From Alkanindiges sp. WGS2144 (GTDB taxonomy: Bacteria > Pseudomonadota > Gammaproteobacteria > Pseudomonadales > Moraxellaceae): a DNA stretch of 32,000 nucleotides. The notes below the pieces were generated by a model. That model saw only the letters and a list, made by a program, of their open reading frames with translations. It made no database searches and was not told where the DNA came from. Positions 14,990 to 24,940 of this stretch are shown in pieces (the stretch's first letter is position 1; each line of letters starts with the position of its first letter). The translations under genes were made by a program, and so were the position numbers. Location: NCBI RefSeq assembly GCF_043950625.1, contig NZ_CP171007.1; one strand, given 5' to 3'.

Positions 14990-15388
14990 ATGCTGAAATA
15001 TATGCTGGATACCAATATTGCCATTTATGTGATTAAACGTCGGCCAATATCCGCACTAGAAAAATTTAACCAGCATGCCAGTCAAATGTGCGTGAGTAGC
15101 ATTACCGTGGCAGAGCTTATTCATGGTGCTGAAAAAAGCCAGAATAGTCAGCAGGCGTTTGCTGTGGTCGAGGATTTTCTATCGCGCTTAAGCATCTTGG
15201 ACTATGATTATTCCGCCGCAGGGCATTACGGTGATATACGTGCCGTTCTGGAGCGAAAAGGCACCCCGATTGGCGTAAATGACTTGCATATTGCTGGGCA
15301 TGCACGTAGCGCTGGCTTAATTTTAGTGACCAATAACCTGCGTGAGTTTGAGCGTGTCGAAGGGTTACGCCTAGATAATTGGGTTTAA
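14990..15388 (+). CDS. vapC: VapC PIN-domain toxin (MvpT-like, initiator-tRNA-cleaving subfamily by similarity)
   Basis: MLKYMLDTNIAIYVIKRRP...SSITVAELIHGAEKS...DLHIAGHARSAGLILVTNNLREFERVEGLRLDNW is collinear with the enterobacterial VapC MvpT. An alternative start is at 15002. Confidence 0.9.
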   Translation: MLKYMLDTNIAIYVIKRRPISALEKFNQHASQMCVSSITVAELIHGAEKSQNSQQAFAVVEDFLSRLSILDYDYSAAGHYGDIRAVLERKGTPIGVNDLHIAGHARSAGLILVTNNLREFERVEGLRLDNWV

Positions 15389-15414
15389 GCCATAAACATT
15401 TAAAAGGTTAAAAT

Positions 15415-15690
15415 ATGCCCGCCATCGTCCGCCACATTTTAGTTAAAACTCGCGAACAGGCCGAACAGCTAAAAAGCCAGCTAGCAAAGGGCGCAGATTT
15501 TGCCAAGCTGGCCAAACAACACTCCACCTGTAATTCGGCTAAGAAAGGTGGCGAGCTGGGTGAAGTTAAAAAAGGTCAGTTGGTCAAACCAATTGATACA
15601 GTGGTGTTTAGCAAGGCAGAGCGGGTGGTACATGGGCCGATCAAAAGCCAGTTTGGTTTTCATCTGGTGGAAATCAAGTTTCGCTATTAA
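15415..15690 (+). CDS. ppiC: Parvulin-type peptidyl-prolyl cis-trans isomerase C
   Basis: The 91-aa ORF has HILVKTREQAEQLK...GGELGEVKKGQLVKPIDTVVFS...GPIKSQFGFHLVEI, the PpiC pattern. Confidence 0.85.
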   Translation: MPAIVRHILVKTREQAEQLKSQLAKGADFAKLAKQHSTCNSAKKGGELGEVKKGQLVKPIDTVVFSKAERVVHGPIKSQFGFHLVEIKFRY

Positions 15691-15718
15691 TGCTTACTAT
15701 GTTTTTATCAATCAAAAT

Positions 15719-15749
15719 AAGAAGCATGAGTTTTTAACCCATGCTTCTT
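15719..15749. terminator. Bidirectional terminator hairpin between ppiC and the convergent small gene
   Basis: The 10-bp stem aagaagcatg / catgcttctt has an 11-nt loop and A/T-rich flanks. Confidence 0.6.
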
Positions 15750-15765
15750 ACAAAGAATAAACCAG

Positions 15766-15951
15766 CTAGCGTGATTGCTGATAGTTGTTATGGTTAGTCT
15801 GCCCACCTTCTGGGCCAAGACCTGAGTTACGGTTCTGGCGGGTGCTCTGGTTGCGGTTATCTTGATTGTTACCGCCATGATCCTGCACCAGCTGTCCATT
15901 GACTTCTTTCACATTATGACCACCAGCAGGCTGGTTTTGCTTATGAGACAT
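15766..15951 (-). CDS. Small (61 aa) highly hydrophilic Asn/Gln/Gly-rich protein, hydrophilin-like
   Basis: A strong GGAGG RBS lies 7 nt before the ATG and the terminator hairpin lies just downstream. The sequence MSHKQNQPAGGHNVKE...GGNNQDNRNQSTRQNRNSG has no hydrophobic core. Confidence 0.6.
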   Translation of the reverse strand: MSHKQNQPAGGHNVKEVNGQLVQDHGGNNQDNRNQSTRQNRNSGLGPEGGQTNHNNYQQSR

Positions 15952-16116
15952 AAGGTTCCTCCATTACTGAGCTGACACTTTTACCCTAAAGCAAACTGGC
16001 TTTGCTGGCTGTTAAGAAATGCTGTGTTTTTAATGTTTATGTAATAGTTTGCTTCTAACCGTAGCAAAAGCGACTACACTGTTTACATCTTAAAGCTGTC
16101 TGCCTGGGAACATCGT

Positions 16117-17118
16117 ATGTCTGGATTGTCATCATGCAAATATTCTATTCTGGATTTAGCGCCCATTCGGGATGATGGTGACGCAGCCACTGCATTAAAA
16201 AACTGCCTGAGCCTAGCACAGCATGCTGAACAATGGGGTTATACCCGTTTCTGGGTAGCAGAGCATCACAATATGGATGGTATTGCCAGCTCGGCTACAG
16301 CGGTACTGGTGGGTTATCTGGCAGCCAATACCAACAGTATTCGGGTAGGTTCAGGCGGGGTGATGCTACCCAATCATTCACCGCTGGTCGTGGCTGAACA
16401 ATTTGGGACGCTGGCAGCCTTGTATCCCAACCGTATTGATTTAGGGCTGGGGCGTGCACCGGGCGCAGATCAGTACACGGCGAGGGCGTTACGCCGTAAC
16501 CATCTGGAAACGGCTGAGGAATTTCCTGAAGATGTAAGCATGATTCAAACCCTGTTGGGGGATGAGCAGCCTAACCAGCGCATTAAAGCAGTGCCAGGAC
16601 AGGGCACGCATGTACCCATCTGGCTGTTGGGTTCCAGCCTGTTTAGTGCGCAACTGGCTGCTGCCAGGGGTTTGCCTTATGCTTTTGCATCGCATTTTGC
16701 GCCACGTTTCATGATGGATGCCATCCGTCTGTATCGGGAAAATTTTAAGCCATCCAATGTTCTGCACAAGCCCTACGTGATGCTGGGCGTGCCACTGATT
16801 GCTGCCGATACCGATGAGCAGGCGCATTATCTGGCTACCAGTCTGTACCAGCGTATTTTAAATTTAATGCAGGGTAAAAGTATTAAAAGCCAGCCGCCGG
16901 TTCAGCACATGCCGCCATTAAGCCTGCAGGAACAGGCTGGCCTGAACAGCTTTTTAGGCATGGCAGCCATTGGTTCAGCAACTACGGTACAGCAGCGGTT
17001 AACCCAGATTATTGAGCAAACACAAGCAGATGAGCTGATTTTTACTGGTGATTTATACGACTGGTCAGACCGTTTGCATAGCTTTGAAATTTTAGCGCAG
17101 ATTTTTAAAAATGCTTAA
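16117..17118 (+). CDS. LLM-class (luciferase-like) flavin-dependent oxidoreductase, YhbW-like
   Basis: [27 protein letters not shown]...[22 protein letters not shown]...[11 protein letters not shown] is typical of this family. Confidence 0.85.
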   Translation: MSGLSSCKYSILDLAPIRDDGDAATALKNCLSLAQHAEQWGYTRFWVAEHHNMDGIASSATAVLVGYLAANTNSIRVGSGGVMLPNHSPLVVAEQFGTLAALYPNRIDLGLGRAPGADQYTARALRRNHLETAEEFPEDVSMIQTLLGDEQPNQRIKAVPGQGTHVPIWLLGSSLFSAQLAAARGLPYAFASHFAPRFMMDAIRLYRENFKPSNVLHKPYVMLGVPLIAADTDEQAHYLATSLYQRILNLMQGKSIKSQPPVQHMPPLSLQEQAGLNSFLGMAAIGSATTVQQRLTQIIEQTQADELIFTGDLYDWSDRLHSFEILAQIFKNA

Positions 17119-17226
17119 CCTAAACAGTGACAGATCAGTATAAATAAAAAGTCTAATAATCCCTTAATTTTTTTATGGAATTGTTATACTGCCTGCTTGA
17201 AAATTTGGGGTTGAAGGGCTTTTTTT

Positions 17227-18030
17227 ATGACATCACTGCAAAGAACATCATCGCATGTGCTGTTTGATAATGGCGTGCACAAATGTATTAGCTTTACCAG
17301 TCTGGTAAAGGGGGAAGGAGTTCAGGCCAATCAGTTTTTAATTATTGATGGTCAGGAAGCAGCCGTGATTGATCCGGGGGGTGATTTAACCTATACACCG
17401 CTTACCATTGAGCTGTCACGCTATGTACGGCTGGAAAATTTAAAATATGTCATGGCATCACATCAGGATCCGGACATTATTACCTCCATGCCGCGCTGGC
17501 TGGTACACACCAATGCCAAGATTGTAGCATCCAAGCTATGGGCACGTTTTTTGCCACACCTCAATTCGGCGTTTATGAGTGATCGTATCAAAGGCGGTAG
17601 CTGGCTGGATCGTTTGATTGAAGTGCCTGATCAGGGGCAAACCATTACTTTAGGCAATTCTTCTCTCAAGATCGTACCAGCCCACTTTTTACATTCAGTG
17701 GGTAACTTTCAGTTTTATGATCCGGTTGCCAAAATTTTGTTTTCCGGCGATATGGGGGCATCCATTGTGGATACTGCCAATGAGCCGGTGCAGGATTTTC
17801 TGGCGCACGTCCCAACCATGAGGGGCTTTCACCAGCGTTATATGACGTCCAGCCGGGTTATTCGCTTATGGGCCAATATGGTGCGTAATATGGATGTTGA
17901 GATGATGGTGCCACAACATGGTCGTCCGTTTTATGGCAAGGAGATGATCCACCAGTTTCTGGACTGGGTGGAAAGCCTGGAATGCGGGATTGATTTATTA
18001 ACACAGTCAAACTATCGCTGCCCAGACTAA
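17227..18030 (+). CDS. MBL-fold metallo-hydrolase / di-iron (flavodiiron-N-terminal-like) domain protein
   Basis: It has the metal motif ASHQDPDI (H-x-D-x-D) and later His/Asp ligands (SGDMG, VPQHG). The exact function is not assignable. Confidence 0.7.
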   Translation: MTSLQRTSSHVLFDNGVHKCISFTSLVKGEGVQANQFLIIDGQEAAVIDPGGDLTYTPLTIELSRYVRLENLKYVMASHQDPDIITSMPRWLVHTNAKIVASKLWARFLPHLNSAFMSDRIKGGSWLDRLIEVPDQGQTITLGNSSLKIVPAHFLHSVGNFQFYDPVAKILFSGDMGASIVDTANEPVQDFLAHVPTMRGFHQRYMTSSRVIRLWANMVRNMDVEMMVPQHGRPFYGKEMIHQFLDWVESLECGIDLLTQSNYRCPD

Positions 18031-18038
18031 AAAAACCT

Positions 18039-18071
18039 GCCTAATCCCTCTGGTATAAAGGGGGATTAGGC
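18039..18071. terminator. Bidirectional terminator hairpin between the MBL gene and argA
   Basis: The 10-bp stem is gcctaatccc / gggattaggc, preceded by an A-run. Confidence 0.6.
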
Positions 18072-18079
18072 CAATGTCT

Positions 18080-19426
18080 TCAAATATTTTTCATAAAGAT
18101 TTTGGAGTTACGCTGATAGTTGTATAGCGCCTGACGGGCATTAGGCATGGCTTCTACGGGAGCCGGTTCAAAGCCCTGTTCAATAAACCAGTGTGCGGTA
18201 CGGGTTGTCAGGACGAACAGGTGGTGAATGCCTTTGCTGCGTGCCTTGGCTTCCAGATAATCCAGTAACTCGGCACCCCGGTTACCACTGCGGTAATTGG
18301 GATGCACGGCTACACAGGCTATTTCGGCGGCTTGTGGCTCGTCATTACTGGTAGGAATAGGATACAGGGCAGCACAGCCCACAATCATGCCATCACGTTC
18401 AATCACGGCAAATTTGTCGATCTCGGTTTCCAGCCGCTCACGTGAGCGATATACCAAAATACCTTCTTCTTCCAGTGGGCGTAACAGTTCAATTAAGCCG
18501 ACCACGTCGTCAATATCAGCAATGCGGATTTCTTCATAGGGGTCATGGCTAATGAGGGTACCGGAACCATCACGGGTAAACAGTTCCTGCAATAATGCAC
18601 CATCTCGCGCGTAGGAGATAATATGCACCCGGCGCACCCCACCGCGGCAGGCTTCTGAGGCACCTTTCATATGTAGTAAGAGTTCAGAGTCCAGTGGTTT
18701 GTTTCTTAAATACTGATCCACTTCATTGGGAATCAATTCACGTAACAGGCGGTCATCGTCATCACTAATGCCTTCTTTTTCACCCAGGAAAATCAGCTTA
18801 TCGGCTTTTAGGGCAATGGCGGTTTTAACCGCGACTTCTTCGGCCAGCAGGTTAAACACTTCACCGGTAGTTGAGTAACCGGTTGGCCCCAGCACAATAA
18901 TATTGCGATTGGCCAGATTTTTTTGCAGGGCGTCCACATCCACCGAGCGCACCTCGCCGGTAAGCTGATAGTCCACGCCATCACGCACGCCATAGGGACG
19001 CGCAGTAACAAAGTTACCTGACACGGCATCAATGCGTGCGCCATACATGGGGGAGTTGGCTAGTCCCATGGATAACAGGGCTTCAATTTCCAGGCGAATA
19101 GAACCTACCGCGTCCAGTACACAGCGCAGGGCTTCACGGGTGGTAATGCGCAGGTCATTATGAAATGGGGTTTCCAGATGATATTCAATCAGGTTTTCAT
19201 TGATTTGCGGTCGGGCACCGTGCACCAGAATCAGCTTGATCCCCAGTGAATGCAGCAGGGCGATATCATGAATAATATTGCGAAAATTTTCATGGTTAAC
19301 CGCTTCACCGCCAAACATCAGCACAAAGGTTTTATCACGGTGGGCATTGATATAGGGTGCAGAATTACGAAACCAGTGAACATATTGTTCAGTCATGGTA
19401 TCCGGGCATAAAAATTCATCGGTCAT
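18080..19426 (-). CDS. argA: Amino-acid N-acetyltransferase (N-acetylglutamate synthase)
   Basis: FVHWFRNSAPYINAHRDKTFVLMFGGEAV marks the AAK domain, and a C-terminal GNAT domain is present (IACVAVHPNYRSGNRGAELL). An alternative start is at 19396. Confidence 0.9.
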   Translation of the reverse strand: MTDEFLCPDTMTEQYVHWFRNSAPYINAHRDKTFVLMFGGEAVNHENFRNIIHDIALLHSLGIKLILVHGARPQINENLIEYHLETPFHNDLRITTREALRCVLDAVGSIRLEIEALLSMGLANSPMYGARIDAVSGNFVTARPYGVRDGVDYQLTGEVRSVDVDALQKNLANRNIIVLGPTGYSTTGEVFNLLAEEVAVKTAIALKADKLIFLGEKEGISDDDDRLLRELIPNEVDQYLRNKPLDSELLLHMKGASEACRGGVRRVHIISYARDGALLQELFTRDGSGTLISHDPYEEIRIADIDDVVGLIELLRPLEEEGILVYRSRERLETEIDKFAVIERDGMIVGCAALYPIPTSNDEPQAAEIACVAVHPNYRSGNRGAELLDYLEAKARSKGIHHLFVLTTRTAHWFIEQGFEPAPVEAMPNARQALYNYQRNSKIFMKNI

Positions 19427-19504
19427 GATGCGTGTGGTCTACCTGTTAAGTGTATAAATTCTTTGGCCAGAGCAAGTGCTATCTTAAGGCAGGGCAGGCT
19501 CATT

Positions 19505-20671
19505 TTAAAAGCGGGCATGCCCTTGCACACAATAGTAATGAATGAGCTGATTAAGCAATAACACCATCGGTGAAATATTCTTGATTTCCAGATACTCGTC
19601 CGGCTGGTGTGCCTGTTCAATATTGCCTGGCCCCAAAATCACAGCGTCCATGCCTTGCGCTCTGAAATACGGCGCTTCTGTACCAAAAGCTACGGCACCG
19701 GCAGGCTCACCCAGCAGGCTTTCTATTTTTTGTACAAACGGTGAGCTGGCAGGGGTTTCTGCAGGCGCTGACCCGGCTGTGGCAGGTTCATACAGCATAC
19801 TCACCCCAAATTGCTGTTCAATACCCTGTAACAGCTGGTGAATATCGGCACGGATGTGCTCAATGTCCATACCCGGCAAGGGGCGTATATCAAACTGTAA
19901 TTCGCACAGGCCACAAATGCGGTTGGGGTTGTCACCGCCATGAATACAGCCCAGATTTAAAGTTGGATAGGGCACTGGAAAAATGGGCTGCTGGATTTTT
20001 TTGAGGTTGCTGCGAAATTGCTGCAAGCGTGAGATGACTTCATGCATGGCATCAATGGCATTACGGCCAAGCTCCGGATCACTGGAGTGCCCTGACTGGC
20101 CGGTAACCACTACTCGCTCCAGCATGACGCCTTTATGCAGGCGGGCAGGTTTAAGGCCGGTTGGTTCACCAATTAACACAAAACGCCCTTGTCCCTTGGC
20201 CTGTTCCATCAGGGCACGCGCACCCGCCATGGAAGTTTCTTCATCACAGGTGGCAATGACGATGAGCGGTGCCCGTAAAGGGGTTTTGGCATAGCTGGCA
20301 GCGGCTTCATGTACCAGGGCAAAAAAGCCTTTCATATCGGCCATACCCAAACCAAACAGCTTGCCATCACGCTCGACCATATTAAATGGATCGCTTTGCC
20401 ACAGGTTTTGGTCAAATGGAACGGTGTCAGAGTGACCCGCCAGAACCAGTCCGCCACGTGCTTCTGGATCAAGTCCCGGGCGCACGGCAATCAGGTTTGC
20501 CTTGCCTGGCGCAACCGGCATGATCTCACAGTTAAAACCGGCAGACTCAAACCAGTTAGCCAGTATTTCAATAACCGGCAGGTTGGACATATCCTGATCC
20601 GGCATGGTACAGGAAATGCTGGGGGTAGCGGTTAGTTGGGCAAGTTGCTGGCGCAAACGCGGCTTAAGCAT
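19505..20671 (-). CDS. argE: Acetylornithine deacetylase
   Basis: It is collinear with E. coli ArgE (LAGHSDTVPFD, GLGMADMKGFFA, ATCDEETSMAGAR, QSGHSSDP, YPTLNLGCIHGGDNPNRICG, NIEQAHQPDEYLE). Confidence 0.9.
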   Translation of the reverse strand: MLKPRLRQQLAQLTATPSISCTMPDQDMSNLPVIEILANWFESAGFNCEIMPVAPGKANLIAVRPGLDPEARGGLVLAGHSDTVPFDQNLWQSDPFNMVERDGKLFGLGMADMKGFFALVHEAAASYAKTPLRAPLIVIATCDEETSMAGARALMEQAKGQGRFVLIGEPTGLKPARLHKGVMLERVVVTGQSGHSSDPELGRNAIDAMHEVISRLQQFRSNLKKIQQPIFPVPYPTLNLGCIHGGDNPNRICGLCELQFDIRPLPGMDIEHIRADIHQLLQGIEQQFGVSMLYEPATAGSAPAETPASSPFVQKIESLLGEPAGAVAFGTEAPYFRAQGMDAVILGPGNIEQAHQPDEYLEIKNISPMVLLLNQLIHYYCVQGHARF

Positions 20672-20773
20672 ACGTAGTCCATATTCTAATGATTAAGTCT
20701 TTGGGCGCAGATTCCAGTCTGGCCAGTTGCACTCTACTGTGCCACAACCGGCTCATAAGATAAACCATAGGGT

Positions 20774-21541
20774 TTAACGCTGCTGGGCATCAAGGGATTG
20801 GCCGTTTATTCCCTTGCTGTCCGGGCCAATCAGATATAAATATGCTGGCATAATTTCATTCGGGGTGGGCAGCACCTGCGGGTTTTCGTTAGGATAAGCC
20901 TGTGCCCGCATTTCGGTACGGGTAGCACCTGGATTAATACAGTTAAAGCGAATATCCGGAAAATCAGCAAACTCTGCCGCAAAAATCTTGCTTAGCGCCT
21001 CAATGCCAAATTTGGAAACACTATAAGCGCCCCACTCAGCGCGGGCTGTACGGCCTACGCCGCTACTGGTAAAGACAACCGCAGCATCCTGCGAGGCTTT
21101 GAGTAGGGGCAGCAGTGCCTGAGTCAGCACAAATGGTGCGCGCAAGTTGACATTCATCACATCGTCCCAGACATGGGCATCGTACTGTTCCAGGGGCACG
21201 CGCTCGCCCAAAATACCGGCATTGTGCAAAATACCGTCCAGTCGGCCAAATTGCTGCTGTAAGGCAGCCAGCAACTGGGAGTACTCCAGTTCGGTGGCAC
21301 TGGACAGCTGTAGTGGCAAAATCGCGGGCTTGGCACCACCGGCCTGCTCAATCTGGTCATAGACTGCTTCCAGCTTGGAGATGGTACGCCCGTGCAACAC
21401 CACAGTGGCACCATGGCGGGCATAAGCCAAGGCGGCACTCTTGCCAATACCATCACCAGCACCGGTCACCAGAATCACCCGGTCTTTGAGCAGGTCTGCT
21501 TTAGGCTGGTAACTACTTGGATTGATCACTGAATTCGTCAT
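20774..21541 (-). CDS. yciK: YciK-family short-chain dehydrogenase/reductase
   Basis: YQPKADLLKDRVILVTGAGDGIG...LDGILHNAG...GAYSVSKF...RFNCINPGATRT is collinear with E. coli YciK. Confidence 0.85.
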   Translation of the reverse strand: MTNSVINPSSYQPKADLLKDRVILVTGAGDGIGKSAALAYARHGATVVLHGRTISKLEAVYDQIEQAGGAKPAILPLQLSSATELEYSQLLAALQQQFGRLDGILHNAGILGERVPLEQYDAHVWDDVMNVNLRAPFVLTQALLPLLKASQDAAVVFTSSGVGRTARAEWGAYSVSKFGIEALSKIFAAEFADFPDIRFNCINPGATRTEMRAQAYPNENPQVLPTPNEIMPAYLYLIGPDSKGINGQSLDAQQR

Positions 21542-21620
21542 ATTGCCCTCCTGGATTACCGCCCGATTGCGGCCAAGGCAGCCGCAAAATCAATTCATCG
21601 TTTTCATTAAACGGGTCTTA

Positions 21621-22355
21621 CTATAGCACTTGTTCTGTTAACGGTTGGTGGGTGCTTTGATGAATAAGCTTGATCAGCCCGGCAACATCATGAACGATAT
21701 GATCCGCGTTCCAGGCTTGCAGGTCGTCACAATAGGCTGGTGGCAAATAACCATAAGCGGCCAGTATGGTTGGCATGCCCGCAGCACGCCCGGCATCAAT
21801 ATCACGTGGATGATCGCCCACATACACAATATGTTCAGGTGCCAAGCCAAGCTGATGCGCTGCCAGATACATGGGTTCGGGATCAGGCTTGGTGTGTTTG
21901 ACATCATCCGGACAAACCAGCACGCTGCAACGCACGGTTAAATCAAGTGCCTTGAGTAGCAGCTCACTCAGTCCGCGTGGCTTGTTGGTGACAATGCCCC
22001 AGGGCAAGCCCAGCTCATCGAGTGTATCCAGCAAGGCATTCATATGGGGAAACAGGCAGGTATCCACGGCAATATTCTGCTGGTAAATATCCAGAAACTG
22101 CTGGCGAATCTGCAAAAGCTCAGGGCTGTTGGCAGTTAATTGCGGATAGATTAAATTGACCATGGCACGTGCGCCTTCGGAAACCTGGGCGCGAATCAAC
22201 TCATCGGCAGGAACCTCAAGCTGAGCCTGCTGGCACATCTGGCGAATAATACGAATAAAATCCGGTGCGGTATCAATGAGGGTGCCGTCGAGGTCAAACA
22301 GCACTGCCCGCACAGGCTGGCTAAAGACCGGTTGGCTGGACGTGGGTTTGGACAT
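21621..22355 (-). CDS. HAD-superfamily phosphatase, phosphoglycolate phosphatase / MupP-like
   Basis: It has the HAD motifs AVLFDLDGTLIDT, GIVTNKP and YVGDHPRDIDAG. Its position ubiG-HAD-yciK mirrors the Pseudomonas ubiG-mupP-yciK arrangement. The start at 22355 abuts the ubiG stop. Confidence 0.8.
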   Translation of the reverse strand: MSKPTSSQPVFSQPVRAVLFDLDGTLIDTAPDFIRIIRQMCQQAQLEVPADELIRAQVSEGARAMVNLIYPQLTANSPELLQIRQQFLDIYQQNIAVDTCLFPHMNALLDTLDELGLPWGIVTNKPRGLSELLLKALDLTVRCSVLVCPDDVKHTKPDPEPMYLAAHQLGLAPEHIVYVGDHPRDIDAGRAAGMPTILAAYGYLPPAYCDDLQAWNADHIVHDVAGLIKLIHQSTHQPLTEQVL

Positions 22356-22356
22356 C

Positions 22357-23076
22357 TCAGGCAGGCCTCCGTGCATGAACCATATAGTTCACATCTACAT
22401 TGGGCGCTAACCAGTAATACTTGGTGAGCGGGTTATAATGCAGGCCAGTAATATGTTCATAGCTTAGTCCGGCCTGACGAACATAACTGGCTAGCTCAGA
22501 CGGACGAATGAATTTTTTAAAGTCATGCGTACCGCGTGGTAACAGGCGTAACACGTACTCTGCACCAATAATGGCAAACAGATACGATTTTGGATTGCGG
22601 TTAATAGTGGATAAAAACACATGACCACCGGGTTTAACCAGATCAAAGCAGGCCTGTACAATGGCCGCAGGATCAGGCACATGCTCCAGCATTTCCATGC
22701 AGGTCACAATATCGTACTGGCCGGCTTGTTCAGCCGCCAGTTGCTCAGCCGGTACATGGCGATAGCTAATATTATCCACACTCTCCTGCTGGGCATGTAG
22801 TTGAGCCACGGCCAGTGGGGCTTCGGCCAGATCAATGCCCAGCACCTGTGCGCCGCGGCGTGCCATGGACTCGGCTAAAATTCCGCCGCCACAGCCCACA
22901 TCAACAATTTTTTTGCCACTGATGCCACCGCTATAATCGCTAATCCAGTTCAGGCGCAGCGGGTTAATCTGGTGCAGGGGATAAAACTCAGATTTTGGTG
23001 TGGTATCCCACCATTTATCCGCCAGTGCCTGAAACTTGGCAATTTCCTGTAAATCGACATTAGCAGAAGACGTCAT
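22357..23076 (-). CDS. ubiG: Bifunctional 3-demethylubiquinol / 2-polyprenyl-6-hydroxyphenol O-methyltransferase
   Basis: It has [14 protein letters not shown], the SAM motif [12 protein letters not shown], and [12 protein letters not shown]. Confidence 0.9.
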   Translation of the reverse strand: MTSSANVDLQEIAKFQALADKWWDTTPKSEFYPLHQINPLRLNWISDYSGGISGKKIVDVGCGGGILAESMARRGAQVLGIDLAEAPLAVAQLHAQQESVDNISYRHVPAEQLAAEQAGQYDIVTCMEMLEHVPDPAAIVQACFDLVKPGGHVFLSTINRNPKSYLFAIIGAEYVLRLLPRGTHDFKKFIRPSELASYVRQAGLSYEHITGLHYNPLTKYYWLAPNVDVNYMVHARRPA

Positions 23077-23327
23077 AGCAAAGTCCCAAACAAAAATTTA
23101 AAGGTCAACCATTTAAAAGGGTTGTGTCCAAAGGTTCAAGTTAAAAGGCGTGAAGCCAGCAGGGTGCAGGCCGGCATAGTTGTGCTTCAAGTGTAAAACA
23201 AAACACCAGATAAGACAGAAGAAAAACCGCAACAATGTGCAAAAATTCACAGAATCCTCATATACTACAGCGTATCTTGTACTAAGATTCACCACAAAAC
23301 CTTTATCGCACAGGAAGTAATATCAAG

Positions 23328-23972
23328 ATGAAACGCCTGGTTTTAAGTGCAATGACCGTATCTGTATTGGCGGTGTCCGGATTGGCAAATGCTGCAGAAC
23401 CCTTTGTGGCCGGTAAGGATTACACCGTGTTAACCACACCGGGTAAAGTCGAAAAACCGGGTAAGATCGAGGTGCGGGAATTTTTCTGGTATGGCTGCCC
23501 GCACTGCTATATTCTGGAGCCACACGTAGCAAACTGGCTAAAAACCAAACCAGCCGATGTTAATTTTGTGATGACACCAGCCGCCATGAACCCGGTATGG
23601 GAACAAAACGCCCGGGGTTTCTATGCAGTTGACCTGATGGGATTAACTGGCAAGGTGCATAAGCCGCTGTTTGATGCCATTCACCAAAAAAACCAGCGTT
23701 TGTTTGATCAGGCTTCTTTGGCCAATTTTTATAAAAACTATGGCGTAGACACCAACAAGTTTAACGGCATGTTTAACTCGTTTGCAGTATCTGGCAAGGT
23801 GGCTCAGGCCAAGCAGCTGGCGCAGGCTTATAAGCTGGACGGCGTGCCTGCAATGGTGGTAAACGGCAAATATGTGGTTAAAGGTGAAAACCAGAAAACC
23901 ATTCAGGTGGTCAATTACCTGATCAATAAAGAACGTGCGCTGGCCAAAAAACCTGCTCCAGCCAAAAAATAA
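23328..23972 (+). CDS. dsbA: Periplasmic thiol:disulfide oxidoreductase DsbA
   Basis: It has a signal peptide and the active site FFWYGCPHCY. Confidence 0.9.
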   Translation: MKRLVLSAMTVSVLAVSGLANAAEPFVAGKDYTVLTTPGKVEKPGKIEVREFFWYGCPHCYILEPHVANWLKTKPADVNFVMTPAAMNPVWEQNARGFYAVDLMGLTGKVHKPLFDAIHQKNQRLFDQASLANFYKNYGVDTNKFNGMFNSFAVSGKVAQAKQLAQAYKLDGVPAMVVNGKYVVKGENQKTIQVVNYLINKERALAKKPAPAKK

Positions 23973-24003
23973 ACTCGCTGTTGATCAGACAGTTATGTAC
24001 GCA

Positions 24004-24037
24004 AAAGCCTCAATGATTGATTTGAGGCTTTTTTTAT
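24004..24037 (+). terminator. Rho-independent terminator of dsbA
   Basis: The stem aaagcctcaa / ttgaggcttt is followed by a T-run. Confidence 0.7.
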
Positions 24038-24092
24038 GCGGTTGGCTATAGCTTGTGATGAGCAGCGGATTTTCTGTGGGGCTTATGCAGGG

Positions 24093-24743
24093 TTAATTGC
24101 CTGCTTCGCTGTTCCAGTTGGAAATCCCGCGAAACAGCAGCTGCGCCTGCCGGATAGTCGTCTGGATAAACTGCTCATGCTGCTCAGATAAGGCCGCAGG
24201 GTTGCTTTTATCCGGCAGGTTAAGCCAGCTCATCACCCACGAAAAAGCCAGATTAATTAAAATGGACGCCATCAGCTGTAAATCCTGACTGGTGCTGACA
24301 TGGGCAAAAGCTGGTAGTTTTTTAAAGTCTTCGGCCAGATCATCAATAAAAAAACGCACTTCACGCGCAATGGCATCACGTACCACGGGTGAGCCACCCC
24401 AGCGTTCAGCCACCAGAAATTGCCAGTCTCTGGGGCTTTGATCAACCGCAGCAAAAAACCGCTCAATACTGACCCGGGTTTTGGAGTCTGACTTGAGCGT
24501 ATAACCTTCGCGCAGGCTGCGTAGCAAGTAGTGCAGGCTAATAGCCACCTGATCAACCAGATCGCGCCCCAGCTCTTCCATATCCTGAAAATGACGGTAA
24601 AACGCAGTAGGTACCAGTCCTGCTTCACGCGCAACTTCACGTAGGCTAATCATGCTAAATGAGCGACCAGAGGTACTTAAGCTTAAGGCAGCGTCCAGTA
24701 AGGCCTGACGGCTTTGTTGTTTACGCTCATCTCTAATTGACAT
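24093..24743 (-). CDS. fabR: TetR-family regulator of unsaturated fatty-acid synthesis (FabR/DesT-like)
   Basis: SRQALLDAALSLS...SFSMISLREVAREAGLVPTAFYRHFQDMEELG is collinear with E. coli FabR. It is divergent from a reductase-desaturase pair, as with P. aeruginosa desT-desCB. I chose the start at MSIRDE (24743). Confidence 0.8.
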   Translation of the reverse strand: MSIRDERKQQSRQALLDAALSLSTSGRSFSMISLREVAREAGLVPTAFYRHFQDMEELGRDLVDQVAISLHYLLRSLREGYTLKSDSKTRVSIERFFAAVDQSPRDWQFLVAERWGGSPVVRDAIAREVRFFIDDLAEDFKKLPAFAHVSTSQDLQLMASILINLAFSWVMSWLNLPDKSNPAALSEQHEQFIQTTIRQAQLLFRGISNWNSEAGN

Positions 24744-24847
24744 GCACCATGCCCAAAAAAGTGACAAAAGCCAAGTTTAACAAAAAATTAAACAAAACTT
24801 AAAAAAATTCAGTGTACGGGTGTTGACTAAGCCTGAAAATCTTTTAT

Positions 24848-24865
24848 AGTGTACACATGTTCACA
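24848..24865. promoter_or_regulatory. FabR/DesT-type operator candidate
   Basis: AGTGTACACATGTTCACA closely resembles the E. coli FabR box AGCGTACACGTGTTAGCT as I recall it. It lies in the divergent intergenic region. Confidence 0.5.
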
Positions 24866-24940
24866 TAACTAACAGGCGTTCACTAACTTGTTGAGGCATG
24901 TCCTTAAAAATAAGTTAGTGAGAAAACAAGAGGCAATATC

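Noticed and set aside
21560-21600. Hairpin ttgcggc-caaggca-gccgcaa between the HAD phosphatase gene and yciK, considered as a terminator or REP element
   Set aside because: It has no T-run and lies between co-oriented, probably co-transcribed genes. It occurs once in the window, so repeat-element status cannot be shown.
22357-22376. Longer start for the HAD phosphatase (MHGGLPEM...) overlapping the ubiG 3' end
   Set aside because: The ATG at 22355 (MSKPTSSQ) abuts the ubiG stop and gives a normal HAD N-terminus. The 7-codon extension would overlap ubiG.
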